Shown: positions 25,088 to 38,031, numbered from the stretch's first letter. The stretch: DNA of 64,000 bases from Octopus bimaculoides (GCF_001194135.2 NC_068986.1:113702149-113766148), one strand, 5' to 3'. A program made the numbers and translations. The notes: generated from the sequence alone by a model not told the origin.

Positions 25088-25933
25088 TTACATCTGTAAG
25101 AATTTTCTATAAAGGTATTTACCAGGTAATTCTTTGAAAATAAAATAAAGTTCCGTAACACAAAGGGAACAAAATTTTCCACCCTTTTCATATGGTCTAG
25201 AAATAGAAAGAATTAGCCAGTCTAGTTTAAATTTAATGTTATTATCTTTAAGATCCCAAATTAGTTTGCTTAGGCTCGTGGTATTACGTTTGTTTCTATC
25301 TCTAAATGTCGAGAAATGGTTAGAAATTCTGGTGGATAATGGTGAAGAGGAAGATCCAACATAAAAGTGGATATTTGTAGGAGTACTAACTTGGCATTGG
25401 TAGACAGTATTTTTAAGTTTCGCATTATCGCTTAAAAAAACTAATTCTTTTGGTATTAACTTCAGAATAATGATTTTGTTGTTGTGACTATAACTATTAT
25501 GTATCGTGTTATTATTATTGTTCCCTATATTATTATTAGTGTTATTATTGTTATTTTGGTAAGTGTTAATAACGTCTGGCTCAATGTCATTACTGTTGGA
25601 ACTCTCTAGTGGATGTAAAAGCCTCATATTGTGTGCAGATATTATCTGTGAAATGTTCCTCATGTTCGAGAAACCGAATCTAACCCTGTGTGTGTTTATG
25701 ACTTGGGAGTAATGAGAATGTTTTGGAAAGTTCTTATTTATAGCGTTTTGGAACTGGGATACCAAGTTTGATTTTACACTTTTGCTAAAAGGAAGAATTA
25801 CCCAGACATTTTTATTAGGTTCTGGTTTAGAATATTTGCCAGTATTATTTATAAATAGTCTTAGTTTATTATTATCATTGAGACAGGGTTTAATCTGAAG
25901 GTTATTTCCCCTATTTCGTGAAAAAATGTTAAG
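25088..25933 (-). mobile_element. Penelope-like retroelement 3' ORF: RT C-terminal/linker plus C-terminal GIY-YIG endonuclease
   Basis: About 281 uninterrupted codons from the gap: VWVILPFS...FSNMRNISQIISAHN...NTVYQCQV...FYVGSSS.PLSTRISNHFSTFR...TSLSKLIWDLK...RPYEKGGKFCSLCVTE. These are the VY-x-YVG, R-x2-NH and CxxC motifs of PLE GIY-YIG domains. Confidence 0.88.
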
Positions 25934-27515
25934 NNNNNNNNNNNNNNNNNNNNNNNNNNNNNNNNNNNNNNNNNNNNNNNNNNNNNNNNNNNNNNNNNNN
26001 NNNNNNNNNNNNNNNNNNNNNNNNNNNNNNNNNNNNNNNNNNNNNNNNNNNNNNNNNNNNNNNNNNNNNNNNNNNNNNNNNNNNNNNNNNNNNNNNNNNN
26101 NNNNNNNNNNNNNNNNNNNNNNNNNNNNNNNNNNNNNNNNNNNNNNNNNNNNNNNNNNNNNNNNNNNNNNNNNNNNNNNNNNNNNNNNNNNNNNNNNNNN
26201 NNNNNNNNNNNNNNNNNNNNNNNNNNNNNNNNNNNNNNNNNNNNNNNNNNNNNNNNNNNNNNNNNNNNNNNNNNNNNNNNNNNNNNNNNNNNNNNNNNNN
26301 NNNNNNNNNNNNNNNNNNNNNNNNNNNNNNNNNNNNNNNNNNNNNNNNNNNNNNNNNNNNNNNNNNNNNNNNNNNNNNNNNNNNNNNNNNNNNNNNNNNN
26401 NNNNNNNNNNNNNNNNNNNNNNNNNNNNNNNNNNNNNNNNNNNNNNNNNNNNNNNNNNNNNNNNNNNNNNNNNNNNNNNNNNNNNNNNNNNNNNNNNNNN
26501 NNNNNNNNNNNNNNNNNNNNNNNNNNNNNNNNNNNNNNNNNNNNNNNNNNNNNNNNNNNNNNNNNNNNNNNNNNNNNNNNNNNNNNNNNNNNNNNNNNNN
26601 NNNNNNTAGATATGTATATATATATATATATACATACGCATAGATATGTATATATATATATATATACATACGCATAGATATGTATATATATATATATATA
26701 CATACGCATAGATATGTATATATATATCTATATATACATACATATGCATAGATATGTATATATATATCTATATATATATATATATATACATACATATGCA
26801 TATATATATGTGCATACATATGCATATATATATATGTGCATACATATGCATATATATATATGTGCATACATATGCATATATATATGTGCATACANNNNNN
26901 NNNNTATGCATATATATATATGTGCATACATATGCATATATATATGTGCATACATATGCATATATATATATATGTGCATATGCATATATACATACATATA
27001 TGCACATACTTACCTATATATGTATATACAATTGCATAAAAACGTGAAAAACTAGAACATAAAAAACACATGGAAAACGAACTTTTTGCAAACAACGAAA
27101 GAAACAAATAAAGAAACGAAACAGGTAGCACAAAGAACAATCCCTTCATCAGTTATCCCACGTTTTATCTACTGCGCGTTTCGAACGCTTTGGCCAAAAC
27201 GCATCTTCATTAAAACAGTCGTTCCAGCAAAGCGAAGTAAATAAAATTTTAGATTAGCGGAGGGTTAAAGTTGTAATAAAAACAGGACAGTAAGAACAAA
27301 ACAGTAAAAAAAAAACGCTAAGAGCTTTTAAGCCATAACGAGGTGAAATGGTGAACTCTGGAGAAACAAGCTCTGACAGGAGACGGGCAAAAATGTGTTG
27401 TTACTTGTAGCCCAAGGACAAGAAAGAAAGGTAGCTTCTGATCACGTCTGAGCAACGAGAGTCAAGGAGGAAGAGATAGAGAATGGTGAATGGGGTATGT
27501 ATATATAGATATACA

Positions 27516-28381
27516 TATTAATAAAATACAGGGTAGCAAAGAAAATTTTAGAAATTTTATTTTACCACCAGTGGTCTAGCGAGGGTAAAAAATCAGTCAA
27601 TAGACTATGTATTATTCATTTAAAATACAGAGATGCCTGTAATAGGACATCTAACCCGCTAGAAATAGCAGCAAGACTACATACCACAAAAAGTAGGGAT
27701 AATTTCGAAAGGGAATGAAAAATAAAAACATTTACAGATCTATATTCTGTACCATGGTTTCAAGTCAATTTTAGTAAGATAAAAATTATATATCTCACAA
27801 AAGGTCGGACTATCCTCAGCAGAATGACCAGACAACATTCGAGATATGAGTCAAATAGCATGGTTCATATTCGAATATCTAATTTTCCAAATTTACCGCG
27901 TATTTGCGGTTTACCTAATTCGGCAGTAAATACACAAATGCCGATTATCAAATCAGAAATTAACCAAAAAAAAATGTTATCATTATTAATAAAATACAGG
28001 GTAGGAAAGAAAATTTTAGAAATTTTATTTTACCACCAGTGGTCTAGCGAGGGTAAAAAAACAGTCAATAGACTTTGTATTATTCATTTAAAATACAGAG
28101 ATGCCTGTAATAGGACATCTAACCCGCTAGAAATAGCAGCAAGACTACATACCACAAAAAGTAGGGATAATTTCGAAAGGGAATGAAAAATAAAAACATT
28201 TACCGGTCTATATTCTGTACCATGGTTTCAAGTCAGGTCCGACCTTTTGTGAGATATATAATTTTTATCTTACTAAAATTGACTTGAAACCATGGTACAG
28301 AATATAGATCGGTAAATGTTTTTTTTTTCATTCCCTTTCGAAATTATCCTTACTTTTTGTGGTATGTAGTCTTGCTGCTAT
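27516..28381. repeat. Direct-plus-inverted triplication (A 27516-27811, B ~27984-28235, inverted C ~28237-28381)
   Basis: B is near-identical to the first ~250 nt of A. C is the reverse complement of A 27666-27810. B and C form an inverted repeat with ~105 bp arms and a ~44 nt loop. Confidence 0.95.
27744..27825 (-). ncRNA. Type I hammerhead ribozyme with palindromic stem III
   Basis: Minus strand: AUUCUG-CUGAGGA-U-AGUC-[loop ~40 nt]-GACU-U-GAAAC-CAUG-GUA-CAGAAU. Perfect 6-bp stem I, intact core, palindrome ACCAUGGU; first stem II pair is U.U. Confidence 0.72.
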
Positions 28382-29218
28382 AGATATACATAGATAGATA
28401 GATTGATATAGTTCAAAACTCTTACAAAACCAAGAGAGAGAAAGGTGAGGAAACAACAAACCTGCTGTGTTTGCGATTAGATGAAATGGAAGTGTGTGGG
28501 TGCATTTGTTTCTAATTAGGTAATTGTCCAATATAATTGGCTGTAATAAGAGCGATATAGATTTTCATCAATAATCCCGCTGAAGTTGAACCGGATTAAT
28601 AATTGCAAGGTCACCAAAATTAACAAATAATCTCTGTTGCATTTAAGCTTGAGCGAGTACAATCACATTTTTCCAGGGAAATAACTTGACGTTGTGGATG
28701 CTTTTGGCACATCCATGTGAAGTCGAAAACGTCGTTAGATGGAGGTTTTGACAAAGGGTGACACATTAGAATTATCAAGTATTTCATAAGTAAGTTGTTC
28801 GCTGCACAGATTACTATATCCACAGCTTCATTCTGGCACAACATAGAAGTGAACAATCTACCAGGAGCATATCGTGACAGTTCGCTTGTTAAACAGTTCG
28901 CACGACATTATAGAAATATCAAAATTAAAAGACTCCAGCCATTGTGTAGCGCACAGTTTTCTAGGCGCACCGGTTGTTTCTTTCACTGCTCCTTGTTGCG
29001 CAAGTTGATAGGTTCTCGAATTCCTATGGGTACAAAGCAATAAATGAGCAGGCTGTTATTTCAAATGAAAGCAAATTCTTCTCTTACGATAGGAAAATAT
29101 AGAATGCAATCTACGTTACGTTTGTCTAAATATATTTTTATTTAATCATTTCCATCATCATCATCATCAGCAGCATTGTCATCATTACCACTATATTATA
29201 ATTGTTGTTGTGGTGGTG

Positions 29219-29277
<59 letters not shown>

Positions 29278-29639
29278 GCTTGAGTGACAGAGCGGTGCAT
29301 GCCATCAAAGTGACACTGGAGTATAAATATACGAAGCCCAATATACCCATCATGACTACCCGTCTGACAGTACATCAGGCACATGCATCACAACCTTATG
29401 TGCGCAACATAGTGATCTCTTATCAAGATAAATAGCGCATGACCTCGCAGGTGGGGCCCAGTTAGAATTTTCTTCAGATCGAGTAGCCCATCCCACTCAA
29501 AAGGTCTCTGAATAAGGGTTCTTTGTTATTATCATCATCATTATTATTATTATTATTTATTATCATTATTATTTACGTTTAGTCTGTATGATTGTCACAA
29601 CCATTCACCGAGACGTACCCTGCCTCCTAGGGCGAGTAA

Positions 29640-31080
29640 ATGACAAAAGATGTTACAGTATGACTAAAAGCTTGGTTGGGGGTGCTCGCGTGGCAGGAGC
29701 CGTAGAGAAATATCTTTATGTAATATGCTACAGACATTTAAGTTGACAGAGTTTTTCTAGGGATGTGGGGAAGTACTTCTCGGCAAAATCTTTTGGCTTT
29801 CTCTGAGACATGGTTCTCCTGAGATATTATCTAGATGCTTCTGACATCCCTTTCTTATCATACCTAGGACACCCACAATAACCGGAACAGTTCTCGTTTT
29901 AAGATGCCAGACCTTTTGTATTTCAATTTCCAGGTCCTTATATTTACTTAGTGTGTCAAATTTCTTGAGAGATAAATTTTTATATCTATTAGTCTACAAA
30001 TATTTTCTTCTCTGTCTTTAATGACTACGTCTGGTCGATTTGCCTGTACCGTTCAGTCGGTATTGACTGGAAAATCCCAGATGATAGTGACGTTTCTACC
30101 TTGAACAATTTGCTCCGGGTGATGTTCATACCAGCATGCAGGAGTGCTGACTTCGTAGTGTTTACATATTTTCCATTGTCAATACTGTCCCAACCAATCG
30201 AGGCGATTTTTGTATTCATTTGGTGTCATCACATGACATGCCGCGACGAGATGGTTTATTGTTTCATCAAATTAATCGCATTTTGGGTCAGAACCGTTTT
30301 GAAGAACGTTAGCCCGGTAGTTTTTGGTAAGCAATCTTGGATGTTGTGCCGCCAATATGAAACCTTCGGTCTCTGCTTTCAGTCCTGAGCTTCTCAGCAT
30401 CTGATAAGTGGTTGCTTGAGTCTGCAGTAGCATTTCGTCTTCGAAGTATACACTATCCATGCAGAAGCTTCTCGCTCCACCGCTCCTCACTTTGTTTCTG
30501 CCCGTTGTTTTTTTGCAGTCTGTTTGATCTATCTTGCTTGTTTGGTGGCAGTGGTTTCAGGTTCTTCATCTAATACAGGGTTAATGCCAAGTTACATTGC
30601 GAATCTACAAGCTTCCTTGACAATAAAACATGATTTCTTGCTGCTTTCGTGTTTGCACTCAATTCGCAGCGTCCAATTCTCTGTCTTAGATACATACGTG
30701 TTCATTGCTATTGTGAAGGTCTTACAGCTCATTTCTACCTGCATCATTCCCCCTCCCCCATTACTTCTAGGTAGGTACAGATAATCAAGGTCTGTCTTGG
30801 GGTAGCGCATGTTCTTAGATGTTAGTAGTATTTTGCCTTCCTGTCCAGACGTTGGAGTTCTGTAAGATTCCAGTAAATGAAGATAAAATTGTATTGCTCT
30901 ACTGGAATTGCCAGGGTGTTAATGGCTTCGATGCGATTTTTGGAGTTGAGTTCAGCTTTGAGTAGGAGTCGCTTCCTTCTCTTATACTCCTTTCGTATTT
31001 TTCCTTCAGAGTAACATGTTGTATACCGTCTCCTTCGTTTATCCCCAGGTATTTATAGCTACCTTGTGGGTCTCTCTCTA
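29640..31080 (-). mobile_element. NeSL/Hero LINE 3' half (RT thumb to RLE and 3' UTR)
   Basis: RYPKTDLDYLYLPRSNGGGGMMQVE, SSGLKAETEGFILAAQ and NGSDPKC motifs, plus IEIQKVWHLKTRTVPVIVGVLG on the minus strand; many stops. Confidence 0.88.
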
Positions 31081-31229
31081 ATTTAATGGAAGCTGCTTAC
31101 TCTTTTAAAGTTGCTTTATCACACTTATCAAGACCACATCCCGATGCCTTATGACCGATTGTCCGACAGGAAGCACTTCAGTCATTACTACAGTGCAATA
31201 ATTATTCACTCTGTGGCTTTTTCTTAGTG

Positions 31230-31440
31230 CGTTTCGATGACATTGAACTCTTTAACAGTTGTTAACAGCCCTACTCGCTCTAACTAGTTCTTCCTCATTT
31301 CTAGCAAACAGCTTCACTTCGTTCATATAAAACAGATGGTTTACTATATTATACATTTTGAACCCATACCTGGTGTTACTCAGTTCGTTTTAGAGTGGGA
31401 TCAGTGCCATGCAAAAGAGTAATGGGGAGAGGTAGTCACC
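31230..31440 (-). mobile_element. NeSL/Hero RT core fragment
   Basis: Minus translation GDYLSPLLFCMALIPL...NHLFYMNEVKLFARNEEEL. Confidence 0.75.
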
Positions 31441-31509
31441 TTATTAACATTATTAATATCATCATCATCATTATTATTATTATTATTTTTATTATTATTA
31501 TTATTATTT

Positions 31510-32390
31510 ATTGTTTGTTTTTGCACAGCTTCTAATGCTGGAGATGTACTACCGTGCCAGCAGTTCACTACCACAAGTTCTTTTGGGAGCTCCTGAAGTT
31601 TTGCACGTGTAGCGGGCTTGCAGCCTACAGTACCATGCTACTTGTTCTTTTCAGCTTTCTAATACTTTTCTGATTATTCTGGTTGTGCCAAGGAGGCAAA
31701 CCTTTTGTAGCAGTTCTACTGGACATTCCATTCCAATTTCCTTTATATTCCTCTTGATGCCCTCTAATACTTTTCCCAAGGACCCAACAATAATTAGCAC
31801 TCTCTTCACTTTCTTCATTTTCCATAGCTGTGCTATTTCTTACTATCTTTTCGCCTGCCTTCTTGACTATTCCTTGGTCAAAGGGGCATGTAACATCAAC
31901 TATATAGTATATGTAGTGCACTTTGTCCACAACCACTAGGCGCGGTTTGTCATGCTCTAGCACCTGATCTGTTTGGTTTGGGAAATCCCAGAGGAATTTG
32001 CTAGTCTTCGACTCTGCGGTATTTTTTCATACCAGGTTTTGCCTCTCCCTAACCCCCACTGTTCGCACAGTTTCCTATGTTGCACTTTCGCTACCTGGTG
32101 TTGCCACAACTTGTAGTGGTTTTGGGCAAGTCTAGGGTATTCAATCGGGATACGAGCAATAGTTTTATCCACACGCGTTCAGCGTCTGCACGTGGACGAT
32201 GGACTCCATGCATTGTTAGGAGCTTTCTTGACTTCCTGCCCATCTCTTTTAGCTCCTCCTTTGTCCACTTCAGGATTCCAGCACCATACATAACTACTGC
32301 GGCTGCGCGCGATTTTGTTGCCGAAATTATATTTCTGTCTATCAGCTTTGAAGCCAATATTTTTTTCCCTCGCCGAAGATACTCTCTTTT
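31510..32390 (-). mobile_element. NeSL/Hero LINE 3' fragment, different subfamily, internally deleted
   Basis: AVVMYGAGILKWTKEELKEMGRKSRKLLTMHGVHRPRADAER, HRKLCEQWGL and LEHDKPRLVVVDK...IVDVTCPFD. Begins at a (TAA)n tract. Confidence 0.85.
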
Positions 32391-32392
32391 TG

Positions 32393-32441
<49 letters not shown>

Positions 32442-32470
32442 CATCATCGTTAATATTCTTCTTCTTCTTC

Positions 32471-32513
<43 letters not shown>

Positions 32514-33815
32514 CATCATCATTTTATTACGCATGAATGCATCCAACGAAGTGCTGACACGATGTTAACTTGTAGGGTTTCCGTATCTCATGGGAAGAAG
32601 CGATAAATCATCATGAGATGCGTGAGTTCGTTCGGGTCTTACAACAGCATGGATTACACTCAAGGCACAAAGAATCGAAGCTGAAGCATTAAGCAAGCCA
32701 CAGAGTGGATATCTATTGTACTGTAGTAATGATTGGATTGTTTCCTGTCGGACAACCGGTTGTGAGGCATAGACGTCAACGTAACATTTTCCTTTTTAAC
32801 GCTCTTCAAAGGGCTACAAACACTTTTATATAATCGATAGTACATATGACATGGTAATATGAAACTGAATAATTTTTTTTATGAACGCAAATGCATATTT
32901 TGAGGAAACAAATAATCCACTATAATTTAGTTGTGTCTCAGTGATAGCATTTGAAATACACTGTACTCTCCATAAGAGGAAATACTGAATTAGGTATTTT
33001 TAGAAGCTCACTTCAAAAATGAAAATAGAAAGTCACTACTTGAATAAATTTTAATATTAGTTTGGTCGATCAATTTGTTGTATTTAGACTGCAGACCAGA
33101 ATGCACTGGGAACTTTTAGCAGCTGTTCCAGCTTATATATATTATCATTTATTCAATGCAGATCGTCCATATGGTTTACAACATGTCAGAATTGCTCCAA
33201 GCTGAAATATTTTCTTTCCCTCAAAAGGAAACCAAGGAGGTCGGGCGCCATGTTTATTATCAGCGTAAAAATCCAAGAGTTTACACAACATATGGATGCA
33301 TGTGATAGCTGTATGACATGCTCTCAAAGTTAGATAGTGATAACAATTGAATAGATTATCGATATTTTAGAAAAATGAATATTCTTTGCCATTTCTTTCT
33401 TCTTTTTCCGATAATATATATGACAGAAATATCTGTATTAAAAAGATTTCGGAAGCCGAAATATATATGCAGGTGGTGAACAAAACTTTTTGAAATTCTA
33501 CACGCTTAGAGGTTTTCTAATTTTTATAAGATGAAAATTGAGTATGCACATATGTCTGTCTGTCTGCTTGCCTGTCTATCTATCTATCTATNNNNNNNNN
33601 NNNNNNNTTCTAATTTTTATAAGATGAAAATTGAGTATGCACATATGTCTGTCTGTCTGCTTGCCTGTCTATCTATCTATCTATCTATCTGCCTGCCTGT
33701 CTGTCTGTCTGTCTATTTATCTATATATCTATCTATTTATCTATCTGTCTACCTAAATCTCCTTTATACAGTATATAATGTAGTAGTGGCATCTCCGTAC
33801 GTATAAAATTGACAG

Positions 33816-34302
33816 GATGGTCACGTCTGGAATATCCTTGATCATAGATTTACTCAAAATTATACAAAACAACGATATTTCATTATAGAATGTGCTTCAG
33901 TGAAATTTATTCCAACATTGCTGACATTGAAGTATTTTTTGTTTCGTAAATATACAGACACAATCTCTTATCAATTCTTCATCGTGAATATCGAGAGAAA
34001 AGCAGTAACTTTCAAATTTTATACACTCTCTCTACTGGCAAATGTTTGCTTTATTTAGCTAACATTTGTACTAAATCATACGACATTAAAGAGTGTCACA
34101 CCAACAAACAAATACTTTTTGCATAGCTTTAACAGATGGTAAGTATTAGCAATTATACATTCACATATGAGTGTATGCATTTATGTATGTATGTATATAT
34201 ATATGTATGTTTATGTATGAATATATATGTAACAATGTTGGTATATATACATATAATTAGCTGTATATGTATATGTGTATACATATCTCTCTCTCTTTCT
34301 CT

Positions 34303-34334
<32 letters not shown>

Positions 34335-35440
34335 GTACACACACACACACACATATTTATATATAGATATATATCCAACAATATGTTGAATACTGACTTA
34401 AGCCACGTTTATTCTAGTTATTAAAAGGAATGAATAATACATGATCGTCTGCGTGTGTACGTGCAAGTGTGTATGCTTGCGTGCATATTCGTTCATATGC
34501 GGTTAGCCGTTAGCTATGGAGGAAAAAAGTTGTAGGAGGTGTGATCTATTAGACTATCAGACGACGTTATAATCAAATGCCTAAGAGGACAGCTACTCTA
34601 CAGTAAAGATTGCTGTACATTATTAGAAAACTTGTTTAAGATTAGGTGAGTCCAGGATGTGGAAACGGTTTGCAATGCAAATGATTGAATCATTTTTATT
34701 TTGAGAAAATATCTCCTTAGAATTTAAGGAAGCAGCATACACAGGATTCTACAGAAAGGAATTTGTAGCAAAACAATAGCCTCAAATATTGCGCAACAAG
34801 TGAACTACACCGTCCTTACATATAGCTTTAAGGCTAATAAGTCTCCTCTCTCGAAAAAATAGTATTCAGTCATTCCCTCTGTTGATTTATTTATGCTAAT
34901 GAAAAATATAGAATTTTGGAGAAATGCCAATAGCTTCCAGAGATAAGGAACGTCAATTATTCTAAATTTGAAAATCAGTAATATATTATTTCTGCAGTCA
35001 AACAAGATAAAACAAATAAACGGCCTTACAACTGCGATAAACCCATCTAATATAAATTTATTCTGGAATTAACAGCTACGTAAGCAAATGGAATAAATTG
35101 TATTACAGTGACAATCATCCAAGAGATAATATAACTGATCTCCAAAAATTAATGGTAATACCAAACCGATAATCCAAAAATGGTATTTCAACTTTAGAAA
35201 AAAGTATAAGGATAATTTTCCGCATAACAATGATGTTCGTTTGATAAATCTCTACCACCAAAACAAAACTGCCTTAATTAAATATCTTCTGAATAGTATA
35301 CATCTAACTCTGATTATACCTATTGTTTTATACAGTAAATATTGTCGCTGTTATACAAAGGCAAAGCTTTACTAAAATTGAGATGCTTTTGTTCTTTATT
35401 TACCTATTTTGGAATCTGTTCTACATGTACCCTAAATTTC
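33816..35440 (+). other. Cluster of exon-like segments (33816-33945, 34561-34645, 34998-35079, 35337-35440)
   Basis: Splice-like boundaries: gacAG|...TTTC|gtaaat; tatcAG|...TTAG|gtgagt; ttatttctgcAG|...CTAC|gtaagc; ttttatacAG|...TTCC|gtaaac. Three have an open frame; the third has stops in all frames. Confidence 0.25.
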
Positions 35441-35864
35441 CGTAAACAAGTTAAAATCACACAAATTTATATAATTGTCTTAGGAAAATTTATTTTGTGC
35501 TGTGAAGAAGTTATCCAGATAAAAGAAAAACATCAAAGATACTGCTTAACATTTACATGGCGGTCAATGACGCCAAAGAATTCTGTTATATCATGAGGTT
35601 ATACTACTTGACAAAAGTGACATCTTAATTCCCCTAATTTTGAAGAGGAATGTCACAAAGATAATGATAGGGAAAAAAATCTCCACATTTACTCTGACAC
35701 ATTTCAGAAACGTTTACGTCATATTTTGAATGAACTGTGGTTCTAAATTGCCTTAGCTACAAACGCTTAAACTAGATGTTTAGACACAATTCTATTTTTA
35801 TATTTTAAGTGAATGACTGAATCTGAATGGTTTCAACCATCCAGATAATATTCCTTGTTTCTAT

Positions 35865-36053
35865 AGGCACATGGAGGGGAGGGAGCCAGTCGATTACACC
35901 GACCACAGTGCGTGAATGGTATTTATTTCATCGACTCCGAAAGAAGGAAAGGCAGAGCTGACCTTGGCGAGATTTGAACTCAAACATAAGTATGGATGAA
36001 ATGCCGCTAAGCATTTTGCCCGGTCTGCTAACGATTCTGCCAGGTCACCGCCT
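35865..36053 (-). mobile_element. SINE (ggcgagctggcagaa family)
   Basis: Reverse complement of ggcggtgacctggcagaatcgttagcagaccgggcaaaatgcttagcggcatttc...gagttcaaatctcgcc. Confidence 0.8.
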
Positions 36054-37975
36054 TAACCATCCAGATAGTATTAAAAATGATTTAGCTACAATCATTTAAA
36101 TAAACCTATCCAAAGTTATTGTAAATGAAAAAACTTTCAATGGCCCTTATAATTATTGCGATGACGCCCTTATCCTTTTCAGTGTTCAATATAAAATAGA
36201 GTGCGTAGAAAAAAGAACCCCAAATTCAAATAGATATATGGTATAATCCACCTTAGAATCAAGCGTTAGTCACACCAGTTGGGAAAATTATAACCAAATA
36301 TATCCAATCACAATTCTTATATCATGTCAAAGAAATGTTTGTTTAAATATTGTCCTTCATTGCACAAATCTTTGTACAAAGCCTACGGACTTATTACCAA
36401 TCTAAACTAAACATGGCTACACTAAACTTCAATACTGTGTGTTGCAATAACCGAAATAATTGTTTATTGAACTTCAGTGTAAACTGATGTTAAAGCATAA
36501 AGTGCCTAGCTTCCATGTACAACAGTGAGATTTGAAATTCTCTCTACGAAAACACTTCTTAATCGGCACCTGAATGTATTTCCTCTTGCGAATGCATAAC
36601 TTATAAAGCGTTTCATCATTTCAGACGTTTCTCAACACTCTCTAACAGATATTAATTTAATATAATTCCCTAACAGGTAATAATCTAATATCAAACCACA
36701 AAAACCTACCAACTTCAAGCGACAATTCATCGACCATATCTCTTTGAGCACTTTATTCTCTCTAACTCCACAAATTGAAATTTCCATTTGATATCTTCCA
36801 TTCCATCTGTTGCATACTGATATAATTCACCTCCAATTCTCACTTATTTGAAAATGTTACCAATGTGCTAAATATTTATGACTTTGATCACGTTTATCCT
36901 TTAAATTTACAAATTTTAATTTTACAGTAGATCACCAATATAATATCACTGTGTTACTGTTATAAATATATAACACTTGCTTGTACTTCTCACTTATTTG
37001 AACATTGTTCTAAAAATCCATCACCTCTTGCTTGTTTAGAATTTCATTATATTTGAATTCTATTTCAACATATAAATTCAAGTTAACCTAAATATTACAT
37101 TACCATTTTCTAGAGTATATTCTACAACAGTGCAAATAATATGTTGTGTTCTCTCAATACTTTATGTAGCAACATTACTTCATAGAATAACACATCCCGC
37201 CTTTGATCAAATGATCCCTGCATTAAGGCCTCGTCCTGCTTCAATTTTAATCCAATATCCTGTTAGATTTACGAGCAATTTCAAAATCTAACACATGAGG
37301 ACACATTATTATTAGAATCATCATTCAATCAAGTCGACGTTATATAAATATATTTCATTCTTGAGAATAATTTCCTTCAGTCTCTACTTTGACTCTCCCA
37401 ATGTTGTCACCTTGTAAAATAAAACAACATAAAGCCATAATAATTTATAATATACTCCACTATACAAACATAAGAAAACTTATAAACTCTCCTACGTTTT
37501 ATATTACACAACCAATTAGAACATTATAATATCAGCATAATCTACTTTTAGTTAGACGGCATCTTGTGATTTTTAATGAGAGTAAAACGTTTAGACCTGA
37601 AACCGAATCTTGAAAATCGAACAGTCATATCGTTCGAGAACCATTTTATTTAACTGAGAAAGCTTGTAATATTCATTTTCATTTAGTTCTTAATTGGTCG
37701 TCTTATTTATCACTTATCTGCGACCTAATTATTGACCTTGTGCCACAGCTACCATCTGAATTTAATTAAGGCAAATGTTATCTGTAATATTAGACCGTCC
37801 ATAGAATAACGTCGATATATGTTCTAAATGCGAGCGCTCTGAGACTAAATTGTTACGTATATCCGAGTTTGTGATTTATTCAGCAATTACGCGCGAATTG
37901 AATGGGAGATAAATGAATTTCTTGAATAAGTGAATCCACGTCATGAAAATGTAGCCCTCTTTAACTCTCTCTTTT

Positions 37976-38031
<56 letters not shown>

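Noticed and set aside
26610-27000. Regular 22-26 bp repeat units resembling an array (CRISPR-like)
   Set aside because: A minisatellite built from (AT)/(CATA) units without unique spacers, in eukaryotic context.
33515-33690. Identical ~75-bp direct repeat on both sides of a 16-N gap
   Set aside because: Typical contig-overlap assembly artefact. Tandem blocks beside the tiny gaps at 22805, 26894 and 46985 are treated with the same suspicion.
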